Shown here: positions 1-12,312 of the stretch, piece by piece
How positions within the stretch are numbered: the stretch's first letter is position 1
Layout of the letters: every line of letters starts with the position of its first letter
Source of the DNA: Eledone cirrhosa
Taxonomy: Eukaryota
Direction of reading: 5' to 3'
Length of the DNA: 64,000 bases
NCBI GenBank assembly: GCA_964016885.1
Contig: OZ024742.1
Span: forward strand, 103,664,001-103,728,000
Translations under genes and position numbers: made by a program
Notes under the pieces: model-generated
What the model saw: only the letters and a program-made list of their open reading frames with translations
The model's database searches: none
Told to the model about the DNA's origin: nothing

Positions 1-49
1 GAAGCTTCATAACATTTTATTTATTTATTTATCTATTCATAGACAACGA

Positions 50-462
50 AGAATTGGCAAAGTCTTTAGAATGTTGGATAGAATGGTTTGCAATATACAT
101 TCTGGATCTTAGTGTTCTCTGAGTTCAAAACTTGCCAAAGTCAACTTTGTCTTTCATCTTACTAGGGTCAGATAAAATAAGGTACCAGTCAAGTGCTGGG
201 GTTGATACAGACCTGTCAAATCTCCCTGTCTGACGGGGAGATCTCCCACCCACTTTGGAATAGGTGAGAGATGTCTTCTCGTGTGAAAATGAGTATAGCT
301 TTCTTTATGTAAAATCTCCCCATTTTGCCTCATTTCTCCCCGTTTTGGGACACTTTTTTTCATGGTACCCCCTGTTAAGGTTTTTAGAGGTTGGCAGATC
401 TGTTTATATAATCAACTTTCTCTTCCTTCTAAAATTGCTGGCCTTGTGCATAAAATAGAAAT
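50..462 (+). mobile_element. tRNA-derived SINE, family B (interrupted by an insertion at ~225-420)
   Basis: B-box-like TCTGAGTTCAAA, then the family motif CTTTG.CTTTCATC...GATAAAATAAGGTACCAG; tail TTGCTGGCCTTGTGC...TAGAAA at ~435-460. Confidence 0.6.
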
Positions 463-489
463 CATTTATTTATTCATAGGTAAGGGATA

Positions 490-640
490 AGTGAATCAAC
501 AAAGTTGTTAGAATGTTGGATAGAATGCTTTGCAGTATTCAATCTAGTTCTCTGAGCTTAGATCCCGCAAGATTAACTTTGCCTTTCATCCTTTCAAGGT
601 CGATAAAAAAAATATCAGTTCAGTGTTGGGGTAGATTCTC
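490..640 (+). mobile_element. SINE family B, partial
   Basis: AACTTTGCCTTTCATCCTTTCAAGGTCGATAAAA motif shared with about 10 copies in the window. Confidence 0.6.
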
Positions 641-984
641 CTCCCTACTCTCTCTCTCTCCTTCTCTTGAAGAAATTGGCTATGTTTAGACCTGGAGAAG
701 GATGGGTTCTGCCTGGCATTTAGATGCCATGTCATGACTCCATCAGGAGTCACAGGTTCACACATACATATGTAGACTTAACACTGCTTTATTCAATGTG
801 TTCTTCCTTTTTTACTAAGATGATAATGAGTGATTTGAGGAAGATTTGACTGCTATTTCTAGAATATGCAATTTTATTTGCATATCTATGCAATAATCTG
901 TTCATTAAATACTTGACTAGTTCAACCTCCTTTAATATGAAATTTTTATATTCAGTCTCCTCTCCAATATGAGAATATAATGTT

Positions 985-1210
985 ACTGTAATTCCTGGAC
1001 TGGGTTGGGTGTTGTTTTCTTGAGCAAAACACTCCATTAGATGTTGTCCAGTATACTCAGCTGAAAATGAGTAATAGCAGAAGCTGGAAATTTAACCCTG
1101 AGATGGACTGGTGTCTTGTCCAAGGGGAAATCTTGTACTCTCAGTCGCTTAATATCAAGAAAACCAGGATAAGCACCATCCTAATGAGCCTTTGGGCTTT
1201 AGTCAGACGT
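985..1210 (+). mobile_element. SINE family A (CORE-like centre), 5'-truncated
   Basis: TTCTTGAGCAAAACAC...CCAGTATACTCAGCTGAAAATGAG; matches 43761-44045. Confidence 0.65.
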
Positions 1211-1824
1211 AAAACTATTTAGTAAATCTTAATGGTCTGCCCAGCAATCTTTTTGCAGGAGGGATCTGATATCTTCTGGGAACAGCCCTATGATTAAATA
1301 ATATCTTCTGCTGGATGTAATTAAATTAGTATAACTTTAGTATGATACTAAGAACATGCTTGATAGTTTAAACTGTTCTTCCAGCTGCTTTATTTGATGA
1401 TGGCTTGTATATAGGGGCTTCAATATTCATACATTCCTTTTTACTGATTTATTCTGTAAGCTCAACAAATTCTGTGCCATTATCATAACCCCTAAATCAT
1501 GAGTCTCAACATTAATGTACCTTTTACTGTCTCTTATGAAATTATTGTCATTAGCAAATAGGATTTGGAAAGACATTGAAGAGCTATTTATTCAATTAAC
1601 ACTGCAAGTTTTTATATTCAATGTCCAGAGTTTGCCATTCTAAAAGAAATGATCAAGACCAAACTTTTCTTGCAATGCAATGCAATTTGATACTAAACCA
1701 CCTGAAACTGCCCCTGGCCCTACAGTATCAAACTATATATTAGAAAATGTTTATATCTATCTAAAAACATTCCTCCTTAATTTTATGTAATAATCTTTGT
1801 TACACTCTAACCCCTATGCCATGT

Positions 1825-2160
1825 GCCACACATGGCTTAGGGGTTAGAGTGTTGGCCTTGCAATCGAAAGGTTGTGAGTTCAATTCTCAGACAGGGTGAT
1901 GTGTTGTTTCCTTGAGCAAGACACTTTATTTCACATTGCTCCAGTTTACTCAGGTGTAGAAATGAGATGATAGGGACTGGGGTCCCTATCATTCCACTGC
2001 AAAGTGGTCGTGGAGGTGCCACGAAATAAAGGCACCCAGCCCTCACTGTAAATGAGGTTGGTGTTAGGAAACGCATCCAGCTGTAGGTATCAAGCCAGAA
2101 TCAGTTCCCGCCCCACCCTTGCAAGCAGGGAAAAGCAGACGTAAAATGAAATGAAATGAT
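1825..2160 (+). mobile_element. SINE family A with RTE-like 3' tail
   Basis: tRNA-like head (TGGCTTAG..GGTTAGAG...GAGTTCAATTC), CCTTGAGCAAGACACTT core, TGGTGTTAGGAA...CATCCAGCTGTAG tail shared with RTE 3' UTRs, (AAATG)n end. Confidence 0.75.
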
Positions 2161-2435
2161 ATAAAACAATGTTGTCTCTGATTAAGACAAAAATAAGATA
2201 AAATTGATTAAAGCATTGAAATCTCAAAATGTTTATCCCTTTGATACCAACTTTCCCAAAACCACTTCTATTTCTATGAAACAAACTCACCAATTTTGAA
2301 TTAAAACCTTTTATCATCATTTTATCCAAGAACATTCTGTTATATTCCAAATTTCATTTTAATGAAACAATAATTTTAGTAAATCCCTCCAAATTATTCA
2401 TTAATTAATTCAAATACTGTTTAATTATAAATACA

Positions 2436-2750
2436 ATGTGAAGGTGTATGGCTTAGTGGTTAGAGTGTTAAGGCTTGCAACCGTAAGGTTGTAAGTTTGA
2501 TTCCAGGACCAGGTGGTGTGTTGTGTCCTTGAGCAAGACACTTTATTTCACGTGGTCCAGTTTACTCAGCTGTAAAAAATGAATTGCGATGTCACTTGTG
2601 TTAAGCTGTATTGGCCATTTCCTTTCCCTTGAATGGCATCAGTGGTGTGGAGATGGGAAACTGGTATGCATGGGTGACTGCTGGTCTTCCACAAACTTGT
2701 GCTTCAGGAAGGAACTTTCTAGTTGCAAATCCTATGATCATGTATAAATA
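2436..2750 (+). mobile_element. SINE family A, different 3' part
   Basis: Same tRNA-like head and CCTTGAGCAAGACACTT core; 3' part matches 31010-31220. Confidence 0.7.
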
Positions 2751-2764
2751 CAGTAACAAAAGGG

Positions 2765-2945
2765 TTAACCCTTTAGCATTTAAACCAGCTGTATCCAGCC
2801 ATACTTCTCTCACCTCTTTTTGTTCAAATCAACGGATGTTAAGGTATTTTTCTCAAAATAAATAATATCAAAATCTCATAGATTCGATATTATGTGAAAT
2901 ATTATGTGAGATAAAGCTTTTACCACAAAAATGCAATAGTTTATA
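2765..2945 (+). mobile_element. Non-autonomous TTAA-type DNA transposon end (piggyBac-like)
   Basis: Starts TTAACCCTTTAGCATTTAAAC; homologous copies at ~10258-10455 and 37158-37340. Confidence 0.55.
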
Positions 2946-3199
2946 TAGAATAATATAAATACTACAAGTTACAAACAATTTTGCGAAGCAGAAATATATA
3001 TATAATTGCCTCCAAAAGTTAGTCAATTGAGATAATGCCATAAATTTAGATAATTCAGGTTGAAAGTGATATCCTGTTGCCTCTTAAATTATGCAAGAAT
3101 GGTGGAGTCAAATAATGAAGGTGGAGACTATACACAATATATTTAACAGAGATAGCATGAGTGATGGTAGGGATAGTGAAAGAGGAGGGACATAGGTAT

Positions 3200-3620
3200 A
3201 GTGGTGGTGGTTGTGTTAACTTCACTGTTGTTGTTGTGGTGGTGGTGGTGGCAGCAGCAGTGATGGGGATAGTGATGGTGGTTGTGGTAGTGGTATGTTG
3301 ATGGGATGCGAGCTTTGTATGTAGTGGGTGGGGTGGAGGATGAGGGGTGCTTTGGGGAAAGAGGAGCTGTGTTGGTGGAAGTGAAGGAAAAGAGGAAAGG
3401 AGATAGTGTGGTGGTGCAACTAGAGTGGAGTCAATGGTTTGGCCTGGAAGAAGGGATGAGGTGGTGGTGGTGGTGATGGTGGTGGTGGTGGTGGTGGTGG
3501 TGGTATTTGTGGTGGTGGTGGTGATGGTGACGGTGGTATTGGTAGTGGTGGTGGTGATGGTTGTATTGGTGGTGGTGGTGATGGTGGTATTGGTGGTGGT
3601 GGTGGTGGTGGTGGTGGCAG
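3200..3620. repeat. (GGT)n-rich low-complexity tract
   Basis: Long GGT/GAT arrays; source of spurious poly-Val and poly-Pro ORFs. Confidence 0.9.
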
Positions 3621-3859
3621 TGACAACTGGTTCAACAGAGGCACTATGGGTGGAGGTGTTGCTGGTATCTATGTCATTGAATGATATATGTTGGAAAAGT
3701 AATTTTCAAAGAAATTATCAAAGTTATGACAGCTGACCTCCTTTTTTTGGTTGCAGACAATGGGTAAGATGGCCTAATTCTTTAACAGAATTTTATCAGG
3801 GACCAGTTTAAGAAAAAAACGATCCTAAAGTTACATGGCACTCAAATTATGAAACAAAC

Positions 3860-4190
3860 ATGTTTGAGTGCTGGTCTTTCGTCGGTTACAACGACAAGTG
3901 TTCCAGTTGTTTGAACAATTGTACAGCTTGTTTGTGGGATTAATATGCAAGTGGCTGAGCATTTTAAAGGCATGTGTACCTTTATAGTTCTCAGAGAGTG
4001 ACCCAGTGTGACACAGTGTGACAAAGATGACCCTTTGAATTACAGGTACAACTCAATTTTGCCAACTGAATGGACTGGAGTAATATGAAATAAAGTGTCT
4101 TGATCAAGGACTCAACACACCTCCAGGAATCGAACTAATGGCTTTACAAACATGAGCTGAACACCTTAACCACTAAGCCATGTGCCTTCA
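3860..4190 (-). mobile_element. SINE family A, long variant
   Basis: Reverse complement of the head (AACCACTAAGCCATG) and core (AAGTGTCTTGATCAAGG). Confidence 0.6.
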
Positions 4191-4889
4191 CAGTGAAACA
4201 AACATAAGCTATATACTGATGCTTTCTTGTACTTTAATATTTTTTCCATAAATTACTACATAAAGAAAGGACCAATCCAGTACTGGGATCAATTCTTCTT
4301 CTTCTCCCTCTCTCACACACACCCTCTCTCTCTCTGTCTCTGAAATAAACTAGCAGTGTTCAGAGCTAGATGATGAAAAAAGGATTCCATTAGGTTTTAA
4401 ATGCTTAAGACATATCTCACTATGGTGCCTCTATGATACTTCAGAGTTTTAAGGCTTAAATAACTGTATTACAATATCTGCCGGCCTAAAAGTTGACCTC
4501 TGTGGGATTTGAACTCAGAGCAAATTATTAAGAGGTAATTGTCGATGAACCTCTGTCAGTTTCAGTAACAATGGTTCCAACAAAACAGCTTGCTCATGAA
4601 ATCAACATGTATGAAATAGAGCATGTACTCTTAATGTAAACTCTCAAGGAGTTTACAATTGTACCTCCCAAAGATGATGACACCAGATCGAGATCTCTAG
4701 TGTAATGCAGAAGACCCACCTTTCCGAGTTCACAGGTCGAAGCATACAACTTGTATACACCACTTCCCCATCCTTCTCCTTCCTTCCATGTCCTAAAATT
4801 CCACCCTCCACCCATGTCCTGATACTCCACCCTTCACCAGCTAAGTGCCTCACCTCTCCAATCTTCACCCTACATACATGCACTTCCCT

Positions 4890-5242
4890 CACCCCAGCCC
4901 ACAGTCCAAACTGTAAAGTGGTCATGTTGGAGACACAACAAAAAGTGCCCAGTCCACACAGTAAAGTGGTCAAGTTGATGACACGACAAAAAGTGCCCAG
5001 TTCACACTGTAAACTGGTTGTGTTGTTGTCATGACAAAAATCACCCTATCCACGCTGTAAAGTGGTCATTTTGGAGCCACAATAAAAGGCATCCAGTCCA
5101 CACTATAAATGTTGTTGGCATTAGGAAGGGTATCTGGCCATAGAAACCAAACCAGAAACAGTTCTGTATGGGACAACTCGTCTAACCCAAGCTAACATGG
5201 GAAAATGGACGTTAAACGGTGGTGATGATGATGATGATGATC
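4890..5242 (+). mobile_element. RTE-tail short element with ~5 internal ~49-bp repeats
   Basis: Repeated CCCAGTCCACAC.GTAAAGTGGT units, then TTAGGAAGGG...GGACGTTAAAC and a (GAT)n tail. Confidence 0.65.
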
Positions 5243-5604
5243 AGCGTGTAAGAAGGCTGTGAATTTGAATCCCAAGCACAGTCAACCCAACCTACCCAAT
5301 TTCATTCACAAAATATTAGTCAAACTGTGGCTATGGTAAATAACACTTGCCCAAGATTCCACTTGGTGGGATTAAACCGGGACCGTATGAATATGCAGTA
5401 AATCTCTTATCCATTTGGCCATGCTGTGAGTAAATTATAGGATAAAGGTTATAACCTCATTATGGGTTAGTATCGTTTATTAGGAGAAGGGGATCAATAC
5501 ACATCTTATTTGATATATGTTACAGCTGTGTCTGGCAGCTGTAACATATTAAACATTAGTTGTTTTAACATCTATTTTATGGTTGACAATATTTTGTTAT
5601 GTTC

Positions 5605-6117
5605 TATACATACATACATATATGATATACATACATAAATGCATACATACATACATATATGATATACATACATACATGATATACATACATACATACATAT
5701 ATGATATACATACATACATACATACATGCATTCATACATACATTCATACATACATGATGGCTGCCCCCTCGTTATCGAGTATGGCCATTGCACTGGGTTA
5801 CATGTTACCAGTAGCACTCAAGAGTGACCCGACATACATACATACATATATACAAACATACACATCATATATACTTAAATGATATACACGCATACATACG
5901 TGCATACATACATACATATATACTTAAATGATATACACGCATACATACGTGCATACATACATACATATATACTTAAATGATATACACGCATACATACGTG
6001 CATACATACATACATATATACTTAAATGAGATACGCGCATACATATGTGCATACATACATATATACATGCATACATACATATATACATGCATACATACAT
6101 ACATACATACACACATG
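5605..6117. repeat. (CATA)n satellite with a 49-bp higher-order repeat
   Basis: TACTTAAATG recurs at 5872, 5921, 5970 and 6019. Confidence 0.85.
5755..5833 (-). mobile_element. Minimal ~79-nt deletion derivative of the (TATG)n-tailed short element
   Basis: 5' end of the family (GTCGGGTCAC...CCCAGTGCAA) fused directly to its 3' end (TGGCCATACTCGATAACGAGGGGGCAGCCATCA). Confidence 0.65.
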
Positions 6118-6405
6118 ATGGCTGCTCCCTCGTTATCGAGTATGGCCATTGCACGATATACCATTATTAGTAATTATTAATTAATTCTATCGTGCAATGC
6201 CTGTGCGCAAAGATGTTTTTTAAAGTGAGGAAAGACTGTGCACTGAGCCAATCCCTCTCTCTGAGCGACAGTAGCTATAACCCGAAAAGAAGAAAAGATC
6301 AACATCATCGGTAACTAGGTTTTATGTTAGAGTTATCCCAGTTTCCTGAGTTGCCTTCTCCTAGAAGAATGCCCTGACAAAGGCTAGGGGACCTTCACTC
6401 CCATG
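6116..6405 (-). mobile_element. (TATG)n-tailed non-autonomous element, 3' half
   Basis: Reverse complement of 20380-20682; contains a CTAGGAGAAGGCAACTC motif resembling RTE 5' regions. Confidence 0.7.
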
Positions 6406-6647
6406 CCAGTTTACCTGCGGCCTATACATTTTACCTATATGTCTATGAATCTATATATATATATCTGTCTACCTGTCTATGTATGTATATATCTATATGT
6501 CTATATATCTATCTATGTATCTATCTATATATCTGTATATCTATCTATCTATATTTGTATGTATCTACATATTTATCTGTCAATCAATCTGTCTATGTAT
6601 CAAATATCTATCTGTCTATTTTTTTGTATATCTATCTGTTTATTTAT

Positions 6648-7746
6648 GGATGGCTGGGCATGCCGTGGCTAATGATGTGCACACATGCTCTGAGGCTACG
6701 GCATCTCCAGGTATTCCTCACCGACCAACCAGTTTGGGCACCGTTTGTGAGACAGGCCTTCCCACAACTTGTCTCGCTGACGGAGCTGCAGTCCTGGGTC
6801 AAGCGAAGACCGAAGAAGATGGGCGCCTGGCACATTGAATGCGCCCAGGCACTCACAGTCCTCTGTCAAGCGGGCACAGCAATCAGTGGAGACTCCACTT
6901 CGACATTCTATAGAGGGTTAGTACTTTACAAGTGCGACGACGTGCTCGGGGAGACTCTAGGCATCGAAGATGAGCTCACCAGTCTGTTCGGTAGGACTTT
7001 CCGCCCAGGACCTATGGACAACTTCCAGACTTTCCGCCCAGGACCTATGGACAACTTCCTTGGCCTGGGAGTGCTACCGAGGAGCTGTACCCATTCGAGA
7101 TAAGATCTACAGGCACGGACACCCCGGCAGGGATCCTTCCAAAAGGACGTGTCCAAGATGTGAGCAGGACATTGAAACCGTCTTGCACGCAATTGTACAC
7201 TGCCCGGGCGTAAGCGACCTGTGGAACTATGCAGAACAACTGCTGTCACGTATGGGACAAATCCAGTTGACTGCCAAGTCCATAGTAAGGATCAAACCGC
7301 CAGCCTCTTTCAAAAACGAAAGAGAGGCGGTTTTCCTCTGTACAGTGGCTATGGTGAAAGAGGTTATATGGTGGATGAGATTGAGAGGACTGAGGACAGC
7401 TGCCTTTCTCTCCAGACAACAATTGATTCCCTTCTTTAAGTATCACTTTAGAAGGAGAATCAGAGTGGAGAGAGAGGCACTGCACCCCAGTAAATTTACT
7501 GAAAGGTGGGTGAATGAAGTGAAAATGGACCGAGTAATTGGGCCTTATCTGTTTATAAGCCTGTGGGTTAAAGAAGAGAGCAAAAGGAAGAAAGGAGCAC
7601 TTGCACAACACGCACCTGAAGGATTTGGGGATTTCGATTATTATAATTGTTTGTTTCAATATTTTTACACGACTGTATGTAACATCCCCAGCATGTGTCT
7701 TTGTATTGTCCCCTTTTCTTGTACGCCCTTGTGGCAAATAAAGAAA
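6648..7746 (+). mobile_element. 5'-truncated Tx1/L1-like LINE, C-terminal zinc-finger (zf-RVT-like) region
   Basis: LAWECYRGAVPIRDKI...CPRCEQDIETVLHAIVHCP...LW CCHC motif; ends in AATAAAGAAA; ~30-bp internal tandem duplication near 6996-7058; sits in a (TCTA)n tract. Confidence 0.8.
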
Positions 7747-9868
7747 TATATCTATATATCTAGCTGTCTATATATCTATCTGTCTATATATGTGTCTATC
7801 TATCTATCTATGCTATCTATGTAGCTATCTATCTATCAGTCTATTTGTCTATATATACACATATCTGCCTATTTGCTTATGTATCTATATATATATATCT
7901 ATCTGTCACTATATGCATGAAAATGTTAGGTAGTTTGTGATGAAAAGATAAGGAATACATCTATAATACCATCTATAATACCATTTTAAAAACAACTATT
8001 TTCTGAAAAGTCTTTTAGATAAATATAAACACCTTAGAATAAACAATTTTGAATAATAGAATTAGAGCCAGTTTCAGGCAGTTTGGTAACAAAAGTGTTA
8101 AAACATTCAAAAGTTGATCCAGCAATTTTCTTTTTCTATCATTGATTCAATGGATTTGTTGTATGTCAGCCCAATTTCACAGACTTATGATGAAAGCTCT
8201 TTCAGCTATGACCATCTGATATTTTTGCAGGTATAACGTGCCTAAGACTGCATTATTTAGTTTGTCTTTCCTTTTTTGAGATTATAGGTTATGATTTGAG
8301 GGTGATTTGGCTGCTGTTTTCAGTAGGTTTAGTGGCCACACACAGAATACTTTATTGACTCAGTGGAGGTGGTTAAGGTTGCAATCTGGAGTCCTAGAAA
8401 GGTAGTAATGGTCTACACCAGCAACAATTAATAAGGCAGTTTATAGAAGATTTAGCTAAGTTCATTACTGTGAGAAGTGAAGAATTTGATGTTTCAAGCA
8501 CTTTTCCTTCATCTAACTGTGAGAAAGAAAGAGAGATAAAGGGATGTTATTGTTTAGGTTCTAGGTAAGTATATGATAACAGCAATTATCCAAATAATAC
8601 CATCAAAGACAGATGTAGAAAAGGTTTCTGTGTCAGCAGCATTGAGCACAGAAAAGTTAATACTAAAAAGCAGTGATAATTTTTATAAAAGAGGCCAAGT
8701 GCATCGAACAAACATGCAGGGTGGGGTGTGTGCATTATTGTATGTTTTGTGTACCAATGATATTTGAAGAATGGAATTAACAATGATATTGATGAATGTG
8801 TCAATTGATTAAATCACCAAGCTTTGAGAAATGTAAGGATGCAAAACAAAATAAAAAAAAGAATAAATGTAAGTAGTCACAATCTTTTTGTTTGTTTGTT
8901 TCTTGTTGTTGTTGTTGTTGTTATGTCCCAATTTAGCTCTGGTTTCTCAAACTTGTTATCAAACAATTTCGAGTTGTAACTGTCAGTTGTGATTTGAGGA
9001 GATTTAACTGCTATTTCTAGTTAGCCAAGAGACCACATAGATATTCTTTCATTGGCTCCTATGTTCAAACTTTGTTTTCATTTGTAAAATGAAAAACAGA
9101 AATATAATATATAAATTTACTGTTGTCATTGTTGTTGTTGTTAACCCTTGGTCAGCCCTAATGAAATCTATCTAAGAACAAAGGCTGTGAGCATTGCATC
9201 ATTTTTCTCAAACATAGTGTATCTAGGACTACATTATTTAATGCATCATTCCCTTAGAATGAGGAATATTTAGCTGCTATTTATAGAAAGTCATGGGACC
9301 ATATAGAGGATTCCTTGTTGGTTCGTAATAACGGAATTTTGCTTTGAGTTATCAACCATTGTCCTTCCTGATAGAATAGATGCTTGTATATAATATCTAC
9401 TCGTGTGAACAAATCTCATACACACAATAACACTATAGTTTTGACCCTTTTGGTACCACATTTCTAATAAAAGATGTTGTCTATGATTTACAAATCATTT
9501 TGAGAGTTATGAAGAATTTCTAAGGATGTGGTAATACAACTAAGATGGTGTTTGGAGCATAACTTAACAAAGGTTCTCACATGAAATTATAATGGAAGAT
9601 TTTTAGACAATGTCCTCAGTATACTTATCAATGAAATTTCAACTCAAAATGCACAAATTCATAACTAAGCACTGAAAAGTAGTTACAGCTTTCTATATTC
9701 TGAGTTCAAAGCATTGATAATAATTTTATTTCAAGAGTTTTAGTTCCTCAAAAACCTCATGCTGCTCTTCAAATGAAGCTTCCAGTTAAATTTATATAAC
9801 GTTTATGTAGTATATTACTTCTCTTGTTGCTCTTCTACTAACTGTTCCTTTACTAATATATATTGTCA

Positions 9869-9932
9869 TCATCATCATCATCTTCTTCTTCTTCTTCTTC
9901 TTCTTCTTCTTCTTCTTCTTCTTCTTCTTCTT

Positions 9933-9963
<31 letters not shown>

Positions 9964-9990
9964 GAGAGAAAGAGAGAGAGAGAGAGAGGG
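9869..9990. repeat. (CAT)n-(CTT)n-(GA)n compound microsatellite
   Basis: Directly visible; source of the poly-Arg ORF. Confidence 0.9.
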
Positions 9991-10180
9991 TTATCAGAAA
10001 TATCATCCAGAGGTTCCTATTGGAAGCAACAGTCTCTAAATGATCCAGCTGGATCTCCAAATGACACCAACCATTTTGCTGTGGTCTACCTCTGGGTCTT
10101 TTGTCAGTTGGCTTTGCCTGTAAAATCTGTCCTGCGATTCTTTCCTTAGGCATTCTAACCACATTCAAACCAGTAATAGT
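9990..10180 (-). mobile_element. Degenerate RTE C-terminal fragment
   Basis: VVRMPKERIAGQILQAKPTDKRPRGRP resembles the RTE ORF C-terminus (GHV.RM...GRP). Confidence 0.55.
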
Positions 10181-11157
10181 GCCATTATTTTAAACATGTC
10201 TTTATTAGTAAGTCCATTTTTATTGGTTTGTATTTGTATTGTTGTTTCATTTTTACTTTAGGCCATTTAGCATTTAAACGGGCCATATCCAGCCAAAACT
10301 CTCTCACCTCTTTCTATTCAAACTGGCTGTAACTGGCTGGTCATGCCTACATTAAGGTATTGTTCTCAAAATAAGTAACATCAAAATCTCATAGATTCGA
10401 TATTATGTGAGATAATTATGTAAGATAAAGCCTTTACCACAAAAATACATTAGTATATATACTAAAGAGTTAGGGACAAATACAGATGAAAATTTATGTC
10501 TAAAAAAAGAAAAAAGTGGTTAAAGCCATGCAGACTCAGTTACACACAGTGGAAATATCCTCTAATAAAGTTTTAGGCAAGGCATCACACTCACAGACTT
10601 GCTTGGTTGCATTGGTGGGAAGAGATTCAGGCACTCACTTAGTATACATTTTGCAGTCTACTCTGGCAAGCCACATTGGCAAACTGGTTATTGATGCAAC
10701 CCTCAAGGAGGCCGATCAGCACACCCCTCCTATATAATTCCACACCAACCTATCTTGGAATGAAATCAAACTGATAACCGAGATACAGGCAGCAAGGAAG
10801 TCCATTTCTATTCCACTGCTTAGATGTCACCATCTATCCTTTGCACAAACTAAACTAAAACAATACAGTTCAGATTAAGAGGAATACACAATTTATGATA
10901 AATATGACAGTTCAGAACAACAGGTGATTGGTTTATATACCAGCTGTTAGGTAAACCACCACCCCCTGACTGCAATAAATCTCTACTGTAACAAAAACAC
11001 TTTGAACTGGAATAAAAGTAGGAAGGGTTAACAGTAGGAAGGTTGTTTTGTTTTCATTTACTGTATAAGTGGAAGTTCAGAAAAAAATAATCGTATTTTG
11101 AAAAAAACAGCAATTTCTGAAAGCTCAACTACACTGATACTTTAATCAAGGCAAGTC

Positions 11158-11206
11158 ATGAACATGTTTGGTTTTATACTCAGTGTCATTATGTTGATAA
11201 CTACTG
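11158..11206 (+). CDS. Host gene coding exon 1: signal peptide of a small secreted Cys-rich protein
   Basis: ATG, hydrophobic MNMFGFILSVIMLITT, then G|gtaaat phase-1 donor; joins exon 2 in frame to give ...TTDIGHS-IN, a plausible signal cleavage site. TATAAG at ~11064 may be a TATA box, or aacag at 11110 may be an acceptor. Confidence 0.7.
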
Positions 11207-11764
11207 GTAAATATCCATTTTTTAACTGTTTTCCTTTCAAGTATAACTGCATTTTATTTGTTTTATACTTATCTGCATATCTCATCTCACATACTCATTA
11301 TCACCCCCCCCCCCCATTCTTCTGTGACCATAGAGCCCTTGTCTTTCTCTTCCTTTTCCGTTTTCATAATCACAAAAGACACTTGCATTTTTTACAATAA
11401 AACATTTGTATTCTTTACCACTATATCTGATTGCTGACAAGATCCCCTGATTGTCCCTGACACATCAGTCTGGGACTGCTAATGCACCCTCATAATCATA
11501 TGGCAAGGGTCCAAAGGTGATCCGCTCTGGTCTTGAAATCTTTGATTTAATATTTCCTGTTAGTTTTATCAGCATTTATGGTCTATAATATGTGAACTGG
11601 ACCTCATCCATGATTAGTATACCGAGACCTTTTAAAACCATATTATGAGGTTCATGACAAACTACAAACTACTCAACTATATGAAAATTGTGGATCTACT
11701 AGAAACTGCTAAACTACTTCATATAATGTTCATCATCTGGTCACCAAGTACTGAAGAAACTACA

Positions 11765-11994
11765 TACAGGGTGAGCATAAACACTTTGAAACAACAAAAC
11801 ACATTGAGCTTTGTTTCATAGATACCATTTTGTTCCTGAAAGTTACAACTACTTCCTGTAGAAGAAAAATTGTAAAAAATGTTCAGAACTTGAACTTGAA
11901 ATTTATAAATTAAAACAACGAAAAAGTAAAATCTCAAATATTATCTGCGATATGGTATTTCATAATTAAGGAAAAACTTTATGCTCACCCTGTA
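11765..11994. mobile_element. Tc1/mariner-type MITE
   Basis: Terminal inverted repeats TACAGGGTGAGCATAAA ... TTTATGCTCACCCTGTA with TA ends. Confidence 0.8.
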
Positions 11995-12104
11995 TATGTG
12001 GGGGGTGGGGGTGGGGTGGGGGGGACGTGCACACATGTATGTATGTAGACAGTAGAACTAATATAGTGTGATTCATAATAGAAGTGTACAGGAAGACATA
12101 TATA

Positions 12105-12306
12105 TATGAGTGTCAGGTGAAAAGTTCATAGGTTGACCATGATACTCTCATGGAATGACCCAATGAGGTTTATTTTTCAATATAGTCCCTGGAAAGAAAG
12201 AATGCAGTTATTAATAAGAAGAGTTGAAATTAATGCATATAAGAATTGACAGCCTTAGCATCACTCCTTCATAGACAGTCTATGAACTTTTCAGCCAACC
12301 ATCATA
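12105..12306. mobile_element. Mariner-type MITE
   Basis: TIR cores TGAAAAGTTCATAG ... CTATGAACTTTTCA; second copy at 16825-17015. Confidence 0.7.
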
Positions 12307-12312
12307 TGTTTC

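Noticed and set aside
3222-3736. Poly-Pro and poly-Val ORFs
   Set aside because: Translations of a (GGT)n microsatellite; no supporting splice or domain context
4890-5115. Regularly spaced repeats resembling a CRISPR array
   Set aside because: Units are wholly tandem with no unique spacers, there are no cas genes, and they end in an RTE-type tail in eukaryotic DNA
9878-10168. Poly-Arg ORF
   Set aside because: (CTT)n microsatellite fused to a decayed RTE fragment
11207-11400. Remainder of the 80-aa ORF at 11158
   Set aside because: Interpreted as intron read-through after the gtaaat donor; T-rich with no domain features
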